A DNA stretch of 61,214 nucleotides from a virus (lineage: Duplodnaviria; Caudoviricetes). Shown here piece after piece: positions 35,935-46,399 of the stretch (position 1 is its first letter; each line of letters starts with the position of its first letter). A model generated the notes under the pieces. That model made no database searches and had not been told where the DNA came from. It saw only the letters and a program-made list of their open reading frames with translations. The translations under genes and the position numbers were made by a program. The stretch is from the IMG/VR virus record IMGVR_UViG_3300049733_000144, positions 1 through 61,214 of that record; one strand, written 5' to 3'.

Positions 35935-37947
35935 TTATGCGCCATTGCTGGAGCGAGCGATCTCGAGCCACTTGTTGAGCGCCCCACTGAAGAACAGCGT
36001 GATGGTGTCAGCTTCGTTGTCCAGGCTCATGTCGCCATTGAGTAGAAGATTGCCAGTGCCGTTCTTGACTACGACTGTGCGCGCGCTATTGATCGCGCGC
36101 AGTACCAGAAACTCACCAGCTACGCTTAGGCTAGGGTTGATCGTGTCTAGATCGTCCGAAGCGGCATCGCCCTCAGTATCAACGGTGTGAAAAGAACATG
36201 AAGCCGAGATAACACCAGATGCTATAGTTCTTTCTGTCTCACCCTGATATGCGAAGGTCGCCATTCCTATGCACAATAGTCGGCCTGAGACTATCGTATT
36301 AGTCGGCATTATGTTCAGTATCGTGCCGCCAGCCGTGAAGATGTCCATATCGCCAAGAGCCATAGTCGCCGACGGTACAGCATCATCGTAAACGCGGAAC
36401 TTACTGGTGCCGCCCTTTTTGACATTGATGTAGTCAAATGCATTATTTCCAGCGCCCGTGGCCGCAGCGGCTTCGATCAACAAAAATCCGGTTGTATTGT
36501 TTGGTGGTGGCGTCGCGCTATCGCCCGCCGCACCATCGTCGATAAACGATGGCGTTGTTGGCGTCAGGGGTGCATTGAGTAAAAACGGGTATGTGTCTTG
36601 CGCAGCAGTCCCGATCAATCCCGTGGTGTTGGTCACGGAACCGCCCGCGACAGTGCGATAAACTCTGTAGCCCCCAACCGCGCCTTCTACAGGCGTCCAG
36701 GTAACCAGGTTATTATGTTCATCTACCGACAGATCATCAAATCCGGTAGTCGTAGACATGGCGTTGGATGCTTCCGACGTGATACCGTCCGCGAGCACCG
36801 CAACCACCTTATATGTATATGTCTTGCTGCCTCCCCCCGTGCATAGGTATTGCCCAAGACACCCACTTTGAACGCTGGTGATGGTGGGCGCGGCCACGGC
36901 CCGAATGTGCACGCGACCATTGATGCCGTCGCCAAGCGTAAGGTTATCCTTAAACTGCACCACGCCATCGCCTGTACGGATGGCCATGGTGAGATTAGTG
37001 GCCTCCTGCATGTCCTTTACGTTGAGGCCGATGTTGTTGACAGTATCCGCTTCAATTTTATTTTCGGCCCATAATGCGATGGCGTTTGCGGTAATAGCCT
37101 CTACTTTAATGCAGCCCGCAACACCGACTACTGTCTTTGATGCGATGTTTGCGACTACATCTTGATTGATATAAACGCGGCCGATAACACCTGAAACACC
37201 ACCTGCCGTGTCAATCGGGTCAAATTCGTTTCCGGATGAATACCTGTTTGTAAAGACCGTAAACAGCCCACCGATGGCGCCATCGCCAACCACACCCGAG
37301 CCGCCAGGGTTGCCCATGGACGCGGTGCCCATCACCGCGCATACTGGATTGGTGCTTCCCGCAGCTCCCGTGCGATGCAGGCGATATGCGGAAAATCGCC
37401 CGCCAACTAGCCAGCCCAGAACAGTATCACTGTCTGACGATACCGTTGCGGAGACCCCGCAATACATTGAGGCATGATTGTCAACGTCGGTGCTAGGTGT
37501 GACCTCCGTATGAAACGATGGGCCAATAAATGCGATTTCCTCAGGCGTTGGGGCCGGGCCAGTATATTCCCAACGCAGGTCGAATGGAGATTTTATAATT
37601 TGGTCGCCAGCAAATTGGGTGCCCACATTGTCAAACGAGATTACATATTGAGTTGGGCTATCTTCGACATACAGCGCCCCAGTGCCGCCGTTGTCAGCTT
37701 CGGCGGAATTTCCCCAACCGGATGCAGAGCGGATCGCAAACCCGCCAGGAGTATTGCCAAGCGCCGTGTCGAGATCGGCGTCGAGATTATCGAGGCGGCC
37801 GTCGAGCGTAGTCGCCGCAGTCTCAAGAGCGCCAAGCCGATTCTCAGCATCCGAGAATCCGGCGTTGATCTTACCGCCCGCAACCCTGAGCGTGTCGCCG
37901 GTGTCGTCGTCCGGAGCCGCGCCGATGTTGATTGGATCGTAGCTCAT
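35935..37947 (-). CDS. Fibre/spike-like virion protein
   Basis: INIGAAPDDDTGDTLR..KIN.F N-terminus typical of fibre/baseplate proteins; G/T/V-rich; lower GC. Confidence 0.65.
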   Translation of the reverse strand: MSYDPINIGAAPDDDTGDTLRVAGGKINAGFSDAENRLGALETAATTLDGRLDNLDADLDTALGNTPGGFAIRSASGWGNSAEADNGGTGALYVEDSPTQYVISFDNVGTQFAGDQIIKSPFDLRWEYTGPAPTPEEIAFIGPSFHTEVTPSTDVDNHASMYCGVSATVSSDSDTVLGWLVGGRFSAYRLHRTGAAGSTNPVCAVMGTASMGNPGGSGVVGDGAIGGLFTVFTNRYSSGNEFDPIDTAGGVSGVIGRVYINQDVVANIASKTVVGVAGCIKVEAITANAIALWAENKIEADTVNNIGLNVKDMQEATNLTMAIRTGDGVVQFKDNLTLGDGINGRVHIRAVAAPTITSVQSGCLGQYLCTGGGSKTYTYKVVAVLADGITSEASNAMSTTTGFDDLSVDEHNNLVTWTPVEGAVGGYRVYRTVAGGSVTNTTGLIGTAAQDTYPFLLNAPLTPTTPSFIDDGAAGDSATPPPNNTTGFLLIEAAAATGAGNNAFDYINVKKGGTSKFRVYDDAVPSATMALGDMDIFTAGGTILNIMPTNTIVSGRLLCIGMATFAYQGETERTIASGVISASCSFHTVDTEGDAASDDLDTINPSLSVAGEFLVLRAINSARTVVVKNGTGNLLLNGDMSLDNEADTITLFFSGALNKWLEIARSSNGA

Positions 37948-38360
37948 GTCTCGGCATCCATGGTTATCTCGGTGGAATCGAACGTCGTGTCTTCCGAGTC
38001 GAATGTCACAGAGGCTTCACCCTCAGCTATAGGAATTTCTCCAGCAGCATAAGCATCAACTTCGATGCCAACGCGACGGCCTATTTCACGAACGTCAGTG
38101 ATGTTAAAATAACGGCCGTCGAACAGGATGCGGTCTTCGACTGTCACGCCCTTCACTGCATTAGACCAACGGAAAGCAAACGTCTTGACCGCATAGCCGA
38201 CGTTCTGACGCGCCGCGAAACGCTCGGCCCCGGCGTTCTCGCGCTTCTCTGCCCACACTGTCGCCACATCCTCCCACGTCACGACCTCCTCGCCGCTGTC
38301 GCTGTGCGAGAGAGACTGCCCCTGGATCGTGATGCGGCGATCGAGATTCTCAAATCGCAT
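37944..38360 (-). CDS. Head closure (head-tail adaptor) protein
   Basis: LDRRITIQ...GE...W.DVATVWA...RILFDGRYFNI. Confidence 0.88.
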   Translation of the reverse strand: MRFENLDRRITIQGQSLSHSDSGEEVVTWEDVATVWAEKRENAGAERFAARQNVGYAVKTFAFRWSNAVKGVTVEDRILFDGRYFNITDVREIGRRVGIEVDAYAAGEIPIAEGEASVTFDSEDTTFDSTEITMDAET

Positions 38361-38364
38361 TGGG

Positions 38365-39930
38365 CTATCCTACTCGCGGTCGACGGCCAGACTGCGTGTT
38401 GCGACGCGAGCCTGCTTGCGTGTTGCTGCGCAAGCCAGCCTGCACGTTGCTGCGCGAGCCCAGCGGTTTGTTGAAGCGAACGGAAGCCTGCTGATTGTAC
38501 CGAACAGGATTTGGATACTGCGGCCCGAGTATTGTTCCTGTTCTGCGGACTGCAATTCGTATTGTGGGCGCGAAAGTCGTGAGCGTGAGATCGGCCGCGG
38601 CTGGCGCGTAGGTCACCAGCGTCGGCGCGATAGTAGATAGCGTCAGTTGCCCAGCATCAGGCGAAACCGAAAGCGTCGCTGTTACTGACGGCGCAACCGA
38701 CGTGAGCGTGAGTTGCGACGACGCCGGGGTCTGATTGACCTTAATGTCGACTGACGGCGCAAAAGTCGAGAGCGAAAGCTGCGCCGCAACTGGCTGGAAC
38801 GTGATTGCGACGATTACTGACGGCGCAACGGAGGTAAGCGTAAGCTGCGCCGCATCGGGTGTTTGGTTAACCTTGATGTCGGCAGACGGAGCGACAGTCG
38901 AGAGTGTAAGGTTGGCAGTGGCAGGAACGATCGGCCCTGCAACAGTGGATAGCGTCAGCTGACCAGCGGCTGGCTGGATCGATATCGCCGCAGCGGCCGG
39001 CGCGCGCACCCTGATCCAGGAGACGACCGCGCGCGAGCCGGCCCCGCCCAAAACAACAACAGGCGCAGTGCCTGAGAATACAAACTGCGCCGCATCGGGA
39101 GTCTGGAAATAATCAACGTCGACGGACGGAGTGGACGGCGAGAGCACAAGATCGGCGCGCGCCGGTGACAGTAGCGTTGCGAGCACCGCGCTCGGCGCGA
39201 CTGTCGAGAGCAGGAGATCGACACGTGCAGGAGAAATTGTTTGAGCGTAAACAACGCTCGGCGCGGCCGTCGAAAGAGTGCTGTCAACTCTGGCCGGCGA
39301 GATATTTGTGTCTTGAACGAAGTTAGCTGAGACAACACGCGTGCCGGCGCCAGACGCATTGCCGACGCGCATGTTAACATCGGAATTATTGTGACCGCCT
39401 GCGCCTGTCCTTTCCCAGGCAAGCTGAATGAAAATATATTCGTTGGTAACCGAGAATGCGCCGGGATTGAATGTCGCGACCGTAGTCTGCGTCGTGCCGG
39501 TTTGCAGACTGCTGATCGACGTGCCGGCAGTCTGTTGACCTGAGGTTATCTCAGTTGCGCTGCTGCCATTTGCGTTCGCACTTCGCAGCAAACGGCATCG
39601 GATGCGGCCTGAACAGCCGGTTGCCGTAGTCGCCCGCGCAGCAAAGCGGACTTCCCAATTCGCCGACGCAAATGAGCCTGTGTATGTGTTCGCAGAACGA
39701 AAACAGTCGCCTGTCGTTGTGTCGATTGTGCCGTCAGGATCGGTTGTCGCCGTGAATGTAGCGAGCGCCTGCTCAACCTGCGAATTTAGCGGTGAGTGAT
39801 TACCAGTAGCGTTACCGGCAATCCATCCTGTTACCGGCGATGCGGTGACCTCGGTCCCCGGATCGGTTTCCGACATCTGTTGATGGACATCGGCCAAGGA
39901 CGAAGTTGCGTACCAAGTTAATGCGGCCAT
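38365..39930 (-). CDS. Ser/Thr/Ala-rich repeat virion protein
   Basis: About ten ~20-23 aa repeats of P.AAQLTL(S/T)(T/S)VAPSV. Confidence 0.7.
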   Translation of the reverse strand: MAALTWYATSSLADVHQQMSETDPGTEVTASPVTGWIAGNATGNHSPLNSQVEQALATFTATTDPDGTIDTTTGDCFRSANTYTGSFASANWEVRFAARATTATGCSGRIRCRLLRSANANGSSATEITSGQQTAGTSISSLQTGTTQTTVATFNPGAFSVTNEYIFIQLAWERTGAGGHNNSDVNMRVGNASGAGTRVVSANFVQDTNISPARVDSTLSTAAPSVVYAQTISPARVDLLLSTVAPSAVLATLLSPARADLVLSPSTPSVDVDYFQTPDAAQFVFSGTAPVVVLGGAGSRAVVSWIRVRAPAAAAISIQPAAGQLTLSTVAGPIVPATANLTLSTVAPSADIKVNQTPDAAQLTLTSVAPSVIVAITFQPVAAQLSLSTFAPSVDIKVNQTPASSQLTLTSVAPSVTATLSVSPDAGQLTLSTIAPTLVTYAPAAADLTLTTFAPTIRIAVRRTGTILGPQYPNPVRYNQQASVRFNKPLGSRSNVQAGLRSNTQAGSRRNTQSGRRPRVG

Positions 39931-39933
39931 GGC

Positions 39934-40239
39934 TCATTTTTCCAACTGCCATGCCTTGGCATCCTGCGCCGCGCGCCGCCCCGCTTCCTCGAACTTCACA
40001 TGCGAAGTCCAGCGGCCGAACTTGATGCCCCACCTCCGCAACAGCGGCCCAATGTCGTGGGTCGAAATAATTTCGCCGTCGATCATGAAATAATGATCGG
40101 AACCGCAGTGCGAATTAATCGTGTCCCCAATCTTCTGGATAATGAATAGCACACCATCGCTCGGCGCGCTCTCGAACGGGCCGTCGGTCGACTCGAACGT
40201 GCGACCGTCGTCATAATAGATGCGCCACCTATCGGTCAC
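39934..40239 (-). CDS. Hypothetical protein
   Basis: Coupled ORF in the late operon. Confidence 0.6.
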   Translation of the reverse strand: MTDRWRIYYDDGRTFESTDGPFESAPSDGVLFIIQKIGDTINSHCGSDHYFMIDGEIISTHDIGPLLRRWGIKFGRWTSHVKFEEAGRRAAQDAKAWQLEK

Positions 40240-40703
40240 GGTACATCCGCCTCAATCTCGATCAGCAGATCGTCCATGTTGCCGATGGACAGGAATTCCG
40301 GCGTGGTCAAAGTATACAGTCCATCTGTGAACCCGACCGACACATTGAGATGGCTCCACGAGGCCCTGGTGTTGGTCAGCTCCTTCAGTCGGAAATAGAG
40401 ATCAATCGTGTCGGTGTTGATGTCCTTGCCATACCGATAGAATATTTCGAAAGGCTCAGTGATCGGGCCGCCGGGATTGCTCAGCGTCATCCGGCAAATA
40501 TCGTTGACCGGCGTGATGCTCGACTTGATATAGTCGAGATCGCTGGCGACCGCCTCGTCAACCGCAGCGTATAGATCCGGGCCGCCGTCCTGATCGGTCC
40601 ATCCGCCGTCGAGATCGTCGCCGTCAGGGTAAAGGTAGACGTAGAGCTGCGAGACCAGCGAGCCGCCAAGCGGAGCACCACCTAGCGGCGCAAAGCCCGG
40701 CAT
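40236..40703 (-). CDS. Hypothetical virion protein
   Basis: MPGFAPLGGAPLG N-terminus; coupled ORF. Confidence 0.6.
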   Translation of the reverse strand: MPGFAPLGGAPLGGSLVSQLYVYLYPDGDDLDGGWTDQDGGPDLYAAVDEAVASDLDYIKSSITPVNDICRMTLSNPGGPITEPFEIFYRYGKDINTDTIDLYFRLKELTNTRASWSHLNVSVGFTDGLYTLTTPEFLSIGNMDDLLIEIEADVP

Positions 40704-40718
40704 CGCCTAGAACTCCCA

Positions 40719-40988
40719 TCAGCCAACTGGACCAGGACCGCCAAGACCAGGACGCATCGGCCGACCGGCGCGCAACTGCTTGATCATCTGCAACGCCATC
40801 TGCGCCTTCATCGTGTCGGCCGGCTTCAGTTGCTTTTCGATTTCGCGAATCTGATTCTGCAACGTGTTGCGCTGCGCAACCAACGCATCGTATTGCTTCT
40901 GCAAATCCTCCGTGCCCGGCTTTGGCTCCGCGAGCGCAGCAAGATCGGCTTCAGCTTTCGCGAGGATCGCGTCAACTTCCGTGCTCAT
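40719..40988 (-). CDS. Small coiled-coil protein
   Basis: GGAGG-type RBS; heptad pattern. Confidence 0.55.
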   Translation of the reverse strand: MSTEVDAILAKAEADLAALAEPKPGTEDLQKQYDALVAQRNTLQNQIREIEKQLKPADTMKAQMALQMIKQLRAGRPMRPGLGGPGPVG

Positions 40989-40996
40989 GTTCCCTC

Positions 40997-43900
40997 CTAA
41001 GTCAGCGCTGCGCTCTTGACCAGCGTGCCGCTTTTGTTCGCATAAAGCCTTACATCGGTCCCGTCGTCGATGACTGACCACGACCCAGGAACAAGGTCAT
41101 CAGCAATAACGGCGCCAGACTTCACCTTGGTAGCGAACATATCCATGATTCTAGAGTTTGTTCCGATAAAACTGTTTGGAATATCTATGATATCATTCAG
41201 GGGCACACCACCACCGAAATCAGTGATTGCACTATTTAGGTCACAATATGAGTCACCCTTGGTAAGTGTAAACCCATTAAGGGTGATCCCATCTAATGAC
41301 ATACCTGCAAAGGCATCTGAATAAGAATAAATCAACGGCGTTGTGTCGTCCGCCAATTCGATAGTTGAGCCACTCACAGTCAGTATTGCTTTGTACTCAG
41401 CATCAAGAATATAAGGACTACCTCCGTTCAGAATAAACTGATGGCTTTCATGGTAACTGAACGAATTAAAATAAGATACTATGCCAGCGCCACCTGATTG
41501 AACGACGCTTGTGCAATTAACCGTATACAAAAAGGACTGCGCCAATGATTTCCAGCAACCATAAGGACCAGACGCTTCCGTTTCATCAGCAGTTATTCCA
41601 AAAATTTGCCAAGCACCACCCTGCACAGAAACGACACCAGAAAGCACCGTACTAGGCGGAGTAGTAGTCGGCTTGATCACAACATCTGCCGCATTTAGCG
41701 TAGACGAGTGAATCGTGACTATAAAGGAAAATATTGGAGTTGTTTGCAAATCGGACGGAAAGCCGATGTAAGGATAGAGGACTACGAACTCATCATAAAT
41801 CCCAGGCGCGACGGATATTCTTATATTAGCGTGATACTGAATGATAATCGCGATGCAGACTTCGTTTACGGCTCGCTGGATGGTAGCGAACGCAGTACCG
41901 GTCGTGAGACCGTCGTTGCCGTCATCTCCCGTCGAGCCATCGACGTGGTAAGTGCGATCGGACGTGACGACCTCTTGTCCGATAACGCGCAGCACACCAC
42001 TATCGTTAGCGTAGAGCGCGTGGGTATCTGCACTCGTGTTATGAATGATCTGCGACGTGTTCGGAGCAATGTCACCAACCACGACCGCACCGGACTTCTG
42101 CCGAACCGTGGTCATGCCGTTGAAGTTGGAATTTTTCGTTGTCGTAATCGTGGACAGATCGACTAGATCAGCGATGAATGTTCCGGACTCCTGCGTGAAA
42201 GTAGAATTTAGATCAAGTTCCGACGCCGCCTTCGTGAGCGTGAACCCATTCAGCGTCAGACTGTTTAGCGATGCAATACAGGCTGTGTCGTAGTAATTCT
42301 CAAGCGCCTTGATCGTGGCATTGCCAGTCAGTTCCAAATCTATAAAAGCGTGCAAGATTCCACGGAACGCCGCTGAGAGCAGTACGAAGCTGCCCTCGCC
42401 GAACACAGTAACTGCCGCGTAGATGTACGAGTTGAAGTAACAGAGGAACGCATAGGCTCCGTCCGTGCGAACACGACAGGCTGTCATGTAGAGGAATGCC
42501 TGATCCTCACCTAGCACGCAGTAGAACGCAGGTGTTCCTGTCGCATCCATTGTTATAGAATCTAGATTCCATACTCCGCTCTGCGCAGTGACCACGGCAC
42601 CTAGAGTATTTATCGGAGCAGTGGTCGGCTTGATTATAACATCCGCCGCATCCAACGTGGACGAGACGATGTACACCATGTAGGTATTTTCATAGGCTGG
42701 ATAGCCCATGTACTGATAAAGAACGAGCCACTCGTCATACGTTCCTGGAGCTACGCTTATTCCCACCACGGCCGGATATCGGATCACGATTCTGGTGCAG
42801 ACTTCGTCGACCGCACGCTGAATTGTTGCAAACGCCGTGCCGGTCGTGAGGCCGTCGTTGGCGTCATCGCCAGTAGAACCATCGACATGGTAAAGGCGGT
42901 CGGACGTGACGACCTCCAGACCGATAACGCGCAGCACACCACCATCGTTAGCGTAGAGTGCATGGGTATCTGCACTTGTGTTGTGAATAATCTGCGATGT
43001 ACCCGGTGGCAGATCGCCGACAACAACAGCGCCGGCCTTAGTCCTAATGCCCTGAGCGCCGTTGAACACAGAGGTCGCATCACAATAAACCAGTGACTCG
43101 TCCAGCCCGGAAGCGTAATCCGTAACAACGCTCGACCCAATAATATAGCAAACATTGCCGGCGATCGTGTATGCTCCTGAGATTCCGGTTATTCCAACTT
43201 CTGAGGAATTTTCGCAATCAATCAGATAATCTATGGACGGCGAGTCCTCGAATGTCACGAAGCCAGTGAACAAAATTGCACACCGCGCATATGATGCAAA
43301 GATGACGTAGTGAGGACCACCATAAATTGTCGGGGCTTGAATGTTGCACAGGCTGCCGTCCTCGATGTCAATCACATAAGTGTAGTCGGCTGTGCACCGG
43401 AAGCCGGCGCTGAAATAATTCCGGGTGCGTCCAAGATTTAGCACGCAGCCGCCCTTACAGCCAACCGCAAAAGCGCCACCGCCGCCTGTCACGGGATCGA
43501 AATCAACGTTTGCGAAACTCCAGATCGTTTGACCAACGACGGTAAGAACACCCATCGTACCGGTTGGCGGCGATCCAGTAGGCTGAATGATCGGCATCGA
43601 GGTTCCCGTGCCCACAATAGAGACACCGAAACCGTCGCCTGTCGTGCCGACCGTTTCTCCGCAACTGAGATATTCGTCATAGATGTTGCCATCGCCCGCC
43701 ACGAACACTTGCAACGTTTGGCAGGACGGTTCGATGGCGATGCCGTTGACGATCAGATCGATGGCGCGATTGATGGTTGCAAATGCTGTCAGCGCCGTCA
43801 GACCGTCGTTGTCGTCATCGCCAGTCGCGGCATCGACAAAATAATCACGATTCTCAGAAAGCGTCTGTCGGAAATCTCGCGACAGGTCGGTCATCATGAC

Positions 43901-44176
43901 CTTGGGCGCGGCCGAGAAATTGACCTTGGCGTTGGCGTTCGATGAACTCGTTACGTTGCGGACGATCGTGTCGGTCCCAGTGTCCCAGACTCCAAAGCCT
44001 TCTTCGTGCTGCGTCTCGTCATCGCTGGTGGCGACATAACTATAGATGAGGCCATCAAAGACGGCCGGATTTACGCAATCAGCCGGCGCATAATATCCGG
44101 TCAGCGCCGACGCGACGACGAAATCGCCCAGACCATTGGACGTTGCGCGCCACCAGCACCTGTTGAGCAGAGGCAT
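40997..44176 (-). CDS. Large tailspike-like protein with three tandem beta-helix-like modules
   Basis: Three copies of R.Y.VD..TGDD.NDGLT..TAFATI.RA...G.YDE (pectin-lyase-type N-cap). Confidence 0.75.
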   Translation of the reverse strand: MPLLNRCWWRATSNGLGDFVVASALTGYYAPADCVNPAVFDGLIYSYVATSDDETQHEEGFGVWDTGTDTIVRNVTSSSNANAKVNFSAAPKVMMTDLSRDFRQTLSENRDYFVDAATGDDDNDGLTALTAFATINRAIDLIVNGIAIEPSCQTLQVFVAGDGNIYDEYLSCGETVGTTGDGFGVSIVGTGTSMPIIQPTGSPPTGTMGVLTVVGQTIWSFANVDFDPVTGGGGAFAVGCKGGCVLNLGRTRNYFSAGFRCTADYTYVIDIEDGSLCNIQAPTIYGGPHYVIFASYARCAILFTGFVTFEDSPSIDYLIDCENSSEVGITGISGAYTIAGNVCYIIGSSVVTDYASGLDESLVYCDATSVFNGAQGIRTKAGAVVVGDLPPGTSQIIHNTSADTHALYANDGGVLRVIGLEVVTSDRLYHVDGSTGDDANDGLTTGTAFATIQRAVDEVCTRIVIRYPAVVGISVAPGTYDEWLVLYQYMGYPAYENTYMVYIVSSTLDAADVIIKPTTAPINTLGAVVTAQSGVWNLDSITMDATGTPAFYCVLGEDQAFLYMTACRVRTDGAYAFLCYFNSYIYAAVTVFGEGSFVLLSAAFRGILHAFIDLELTGNATIKALENYYDTACIASLNSLTLNGFTLTKAASELDLNSTFTQESGTFIADLVDLSTITTTKNSNFNGMTTVRQKSGAVVVGDIAPNTSQIIHNTSADTHALYANDSGVLRVIGQEVVTSDRTYHVDGSTGDDGNDGLTTGTAFATIQRAVNEVCIAIIIQYHANIRISVAPGIYDEFVVLYPYIGFPSDLQTTPIFSFIVTIHSSTLNAADVVIKPTTTPPSTVLSGVVSVQGGAWQIFGITADETEASGPYGCWKSLAQSFLYTVNCTSVVQSGGAGIVSYFNSFSYHESHQFILNGGSPYILDAEYKAILTVSGSTIELADDTTPLIYSYSDAFAGMSLDGITLNGFTLTKGDSYCDLNSAITDFGGGVPLNDIIDIPNSFIGTNSRIMDMFATKVKSGAVIADDLVPGSWSVIDDGTDVRLYANKSGTLVKSAALT

Positions 44177-44185
44177 CGAGCAGCC

Positions 44186-44638
44186 TCAATTCAATTCGAA
44201 GATACCGTTGGCGCTCGGCGTGATCGTCAGCGTGTTGCCGGTCGTGATCGTGAATTGCGCCGTGGACAATTGCGATTCGACCAAGAGCTTGCGATTGGCT
44301 GATGTGCCGTCGGCGCGCCAGATCACTGCGAACTTTACGTTCGCGATGTTACCGCCAGCCGCCGTCCAAACCAGTGCCGCCGCATTGAAGCGATATTCAG
44401 ACGTTGAGGCACCGGTTGTCCAGGTGACGCTCGTCAGCGGCTTGCCGGATGACGAATAGCCGTTCGCCTCCGATACCTCATTGCTGACCGATCCTTTGAC
44501 AGTCAGGTTGCCGACTGACGCGGCATTAGATGCCGACGTGTGCAGCGACATATTGAATGTGTGACCGTTCAAGTCGATGTCGGCGCTGCCGATGTATTTC
44601 TTCGCGGTGTAGTAAAACGTCCACGCGCCCGCCGCCAT
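44186..44638 (-). CDS. Conserved virion structural protein
   Basis: NEVSEANGYSSSG..L...W; first gene after the glyco island. Confidence 0.65.
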   Translation of the reverse strand: MAAGAWTFYYTAKKYIGSADIDLNGHTFNMSLHTSASNAASVGNLTVKGSVSNEVSEANGYSSSGKPLTSVTWTTGASTSEYRFNAAALVWTAAGGNIANVKFAVIWRADGTSANRKLLVESQLSTAQFTITTGNTLTITPSANGIFELN

Positions 44639-44641
44639 GAT

Positions 44642-45517
44642 TCAGTCCTCCTGCTCGATTTGCAGCTCAGCTCCGGCCTGCATGATTGCGGCGAGCAAGC
44701 CATCGCCGTGGATGCTCAACCGGAACATGTCGCCGCGCTTCCGGATCAAGTCCAGGAACGTATGCGCTTGCTTGATGTGCCAGCCCGAACACCAGAACAT
44801 CTTGGCCTTGTCATCGCGATACTCGGCATCGCGACCGCGCGGCCGCAGATAGGCTTTCAGCCTGCGATCCTTGTCATTCTCGGTCTGCTCATAGGCATGG
44901 TGCTCGTCGCCGAACCAGCACGAGTCCAGTCCGAAGATTTCCATCGAGCAGAAGCCGAGCATGCGCAGCAGCGTGATTGCGCGAATGCCGGCCGTCACGC
45001 CGATGTCGACCGCGTAGAAGTTTCCGAAATAGAATTCCCTCAACAGAGCTTCCTCGCCCTCGCAGCCGCACGCGTGCCAGATATAGAGATCACGATCCTT
45101 GCAAACCTCGAACGCCTTCGGATGGCATTGGCCGGCCAGCAAATAGCGGCAGCCCTCGACTGGCGTCGCAAAGAAGCGCGCGTTGAATTCGCGCGCATCG
45201 AGCATGATCGCGGCCGATGGCTTGATGTTCCGATCAATGCACCATTGATATGCGCCGTTGACCGCGCACACCTTACCGCCATTCCAGACTGCCTCGACCA
45301 ACTCCCGCTCGGTATGCGCGAGCGATGGGCCGCCGCACACGATGATAGCCGTTTCCTGATTCAGATCGAACGGCCTGACCTGCGGATATCCAAGCCGGAT
45401 GTTGTGGGCCACGTTGGCCAGCATGAATTCGTCGGTAACGTTGACGCCGCTCTTTGATTCGTCAAAAATGATCGGCCTGGTGTCAGTCAGATCAAGCACG
45501 CTTGCGCTCCACAACAA
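44642..45517 (-). CDS. DUF115/Maf-like (MptE-like) protein, putative glycosyltransferase
   Basis: IIVCGGPSL, AVNGA, MLD, LGF..MEIFGLDS..HAY. Confidence 0.7.
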   Translation of the reverse strand: MLWSASVLDLTDTRPIIFDESKSGVNVTDEFMLANVAHNIRLGYPQVRPFDLNQETAIIVCGGPSLAHTERELVEAVWNGGKVCAVNGAYQWCIDRNIKPSAAIMLDAREFNARFFATPVEGCRYLLAGQCHPKAFEVCKDRDLYIWHACGCEGEEALLREFYFGNFYAVDIGVTAGIRAITLLRMLGFCSMEIFGLDSCWFGDEHHAYEQTENDKDRRLKAYLRPRGRDAEYRDDKAKMFWCSGWHIKQAHTFLDLIRKRGDMFRLSIHGDGLLAAIMQAGAELQIEQED

Positions 45518-46079
45518 ACAACGCGTCGTTGATCAGATCGCGCGCGTCCAGGACGTTGCCGAGCAACGCCATCCGCGTCTTCCACCAGTTGAATGGACGC
45601 ACGGTCAGATGAAGCTGCTCGCCGATCAGGGCACCCTTGGCATCTGGCCGCAGGCAGACAGAGAACCACGTCACGCGACACGCTGACAGGATGCGGTCGA
45701 TACACAACATCACGCATTCGGGCGGGATGTGCTCCATGACATCGACGCAATAGCCGTAGTGATAATCCCACTCACGCGGCCAATGATCCCAGAGCGCGGA
45801 CTGAATGAAGCGAGCGCGCGGCACCGCCGGAAACAATCCAGCATCAGTGATGTCGAGCCATGTGACATTCAGCCGAGCATCTTTTCCCAGTTTCAGTCCA
45901 GCAATTCCGCTGCCGCAGCCTAGATCGATCAACGACTGCCCGGCGCGCGGCTCTATAGTTGAGATGAACCGCTCGACATCGCGCTCGCCCGGCGAGTATT
46001 TTGCATAATCCGGCAGCGCCCATAAATCGCTGTAGCGTCGACGCTCGTCCAGCGCCAAGTCCAGGATATGCAGCGTCAA
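45492..46079 (-). CDS. Class I SAM methyltransferase
   Basis: LIDLGCGSG, CVDVMEHIP. Confidence 0.85.
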   Translation of the reverse strand: MTLHILDLALDERRRYSDLWALPDYAKYSPGERDVERFISTIEPRAGQSLIDLGCGSGIAGLKLGKDARLNVTWLDITDAGLFPAVPRARFIQSALWDHWPREWDYHYGYCVDVMEHIPPECVMLCIDRILSACRVTWFSVCLRPDAKGALIGEQLHLTVRPFNWWKTRMALLGNVLDARDLINDALFVVERKRA

Positions 46080-46399
46080 GGGCGCTCCGCTTCGCGAATC
46101 TGTTGGGACAATTCCTTGATCTTGTCGGCGGCAACATTGGATATCGCCGTCAGCTTGGTGCGATCCTTTGCCAGTTGCTCCATGGCCGCGTTCTGTTGCT
46201 CGCTGCGGTTGGCGATGACCTGCAACTCGGCGAGCCGCTTGCCCTTTTCGGCAATTACCGGCTTGAGCTCGGCGACCCTCTTGTTCAATGCGTCGCGCAT
46301 CTTGCGCAGTTCGGTTGCCGGCTTGATCTCCTTTGGGGCCTGATCGCTCGGCACAATGCCGACTACCGGCGGCCGGCCCGAGAAGCCTCCACGCGTCAT
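46076..46399 (-). CDS. Hypothetical coiled-coil protein
   Basis: Coupled ORF. Confidence 0.55.
   Translation of the reverse strand: MTRGGFSGRPPVVGIVPSDQAPKEIKPATELRKMRDALNKRVAELKPVIAEKGKRLAELQVIANRSEQQNAAMEQLAKDRTKLTAISNVAADKIKELSQQIREAERP

Noticed and set aside
41870-43040. Repeat pair in the spike gene as DGR template/variable repeats
   Set aside because: No reverse transcriptase is seen, both copies are in-frame coding, and the differences are not adenine-specific.
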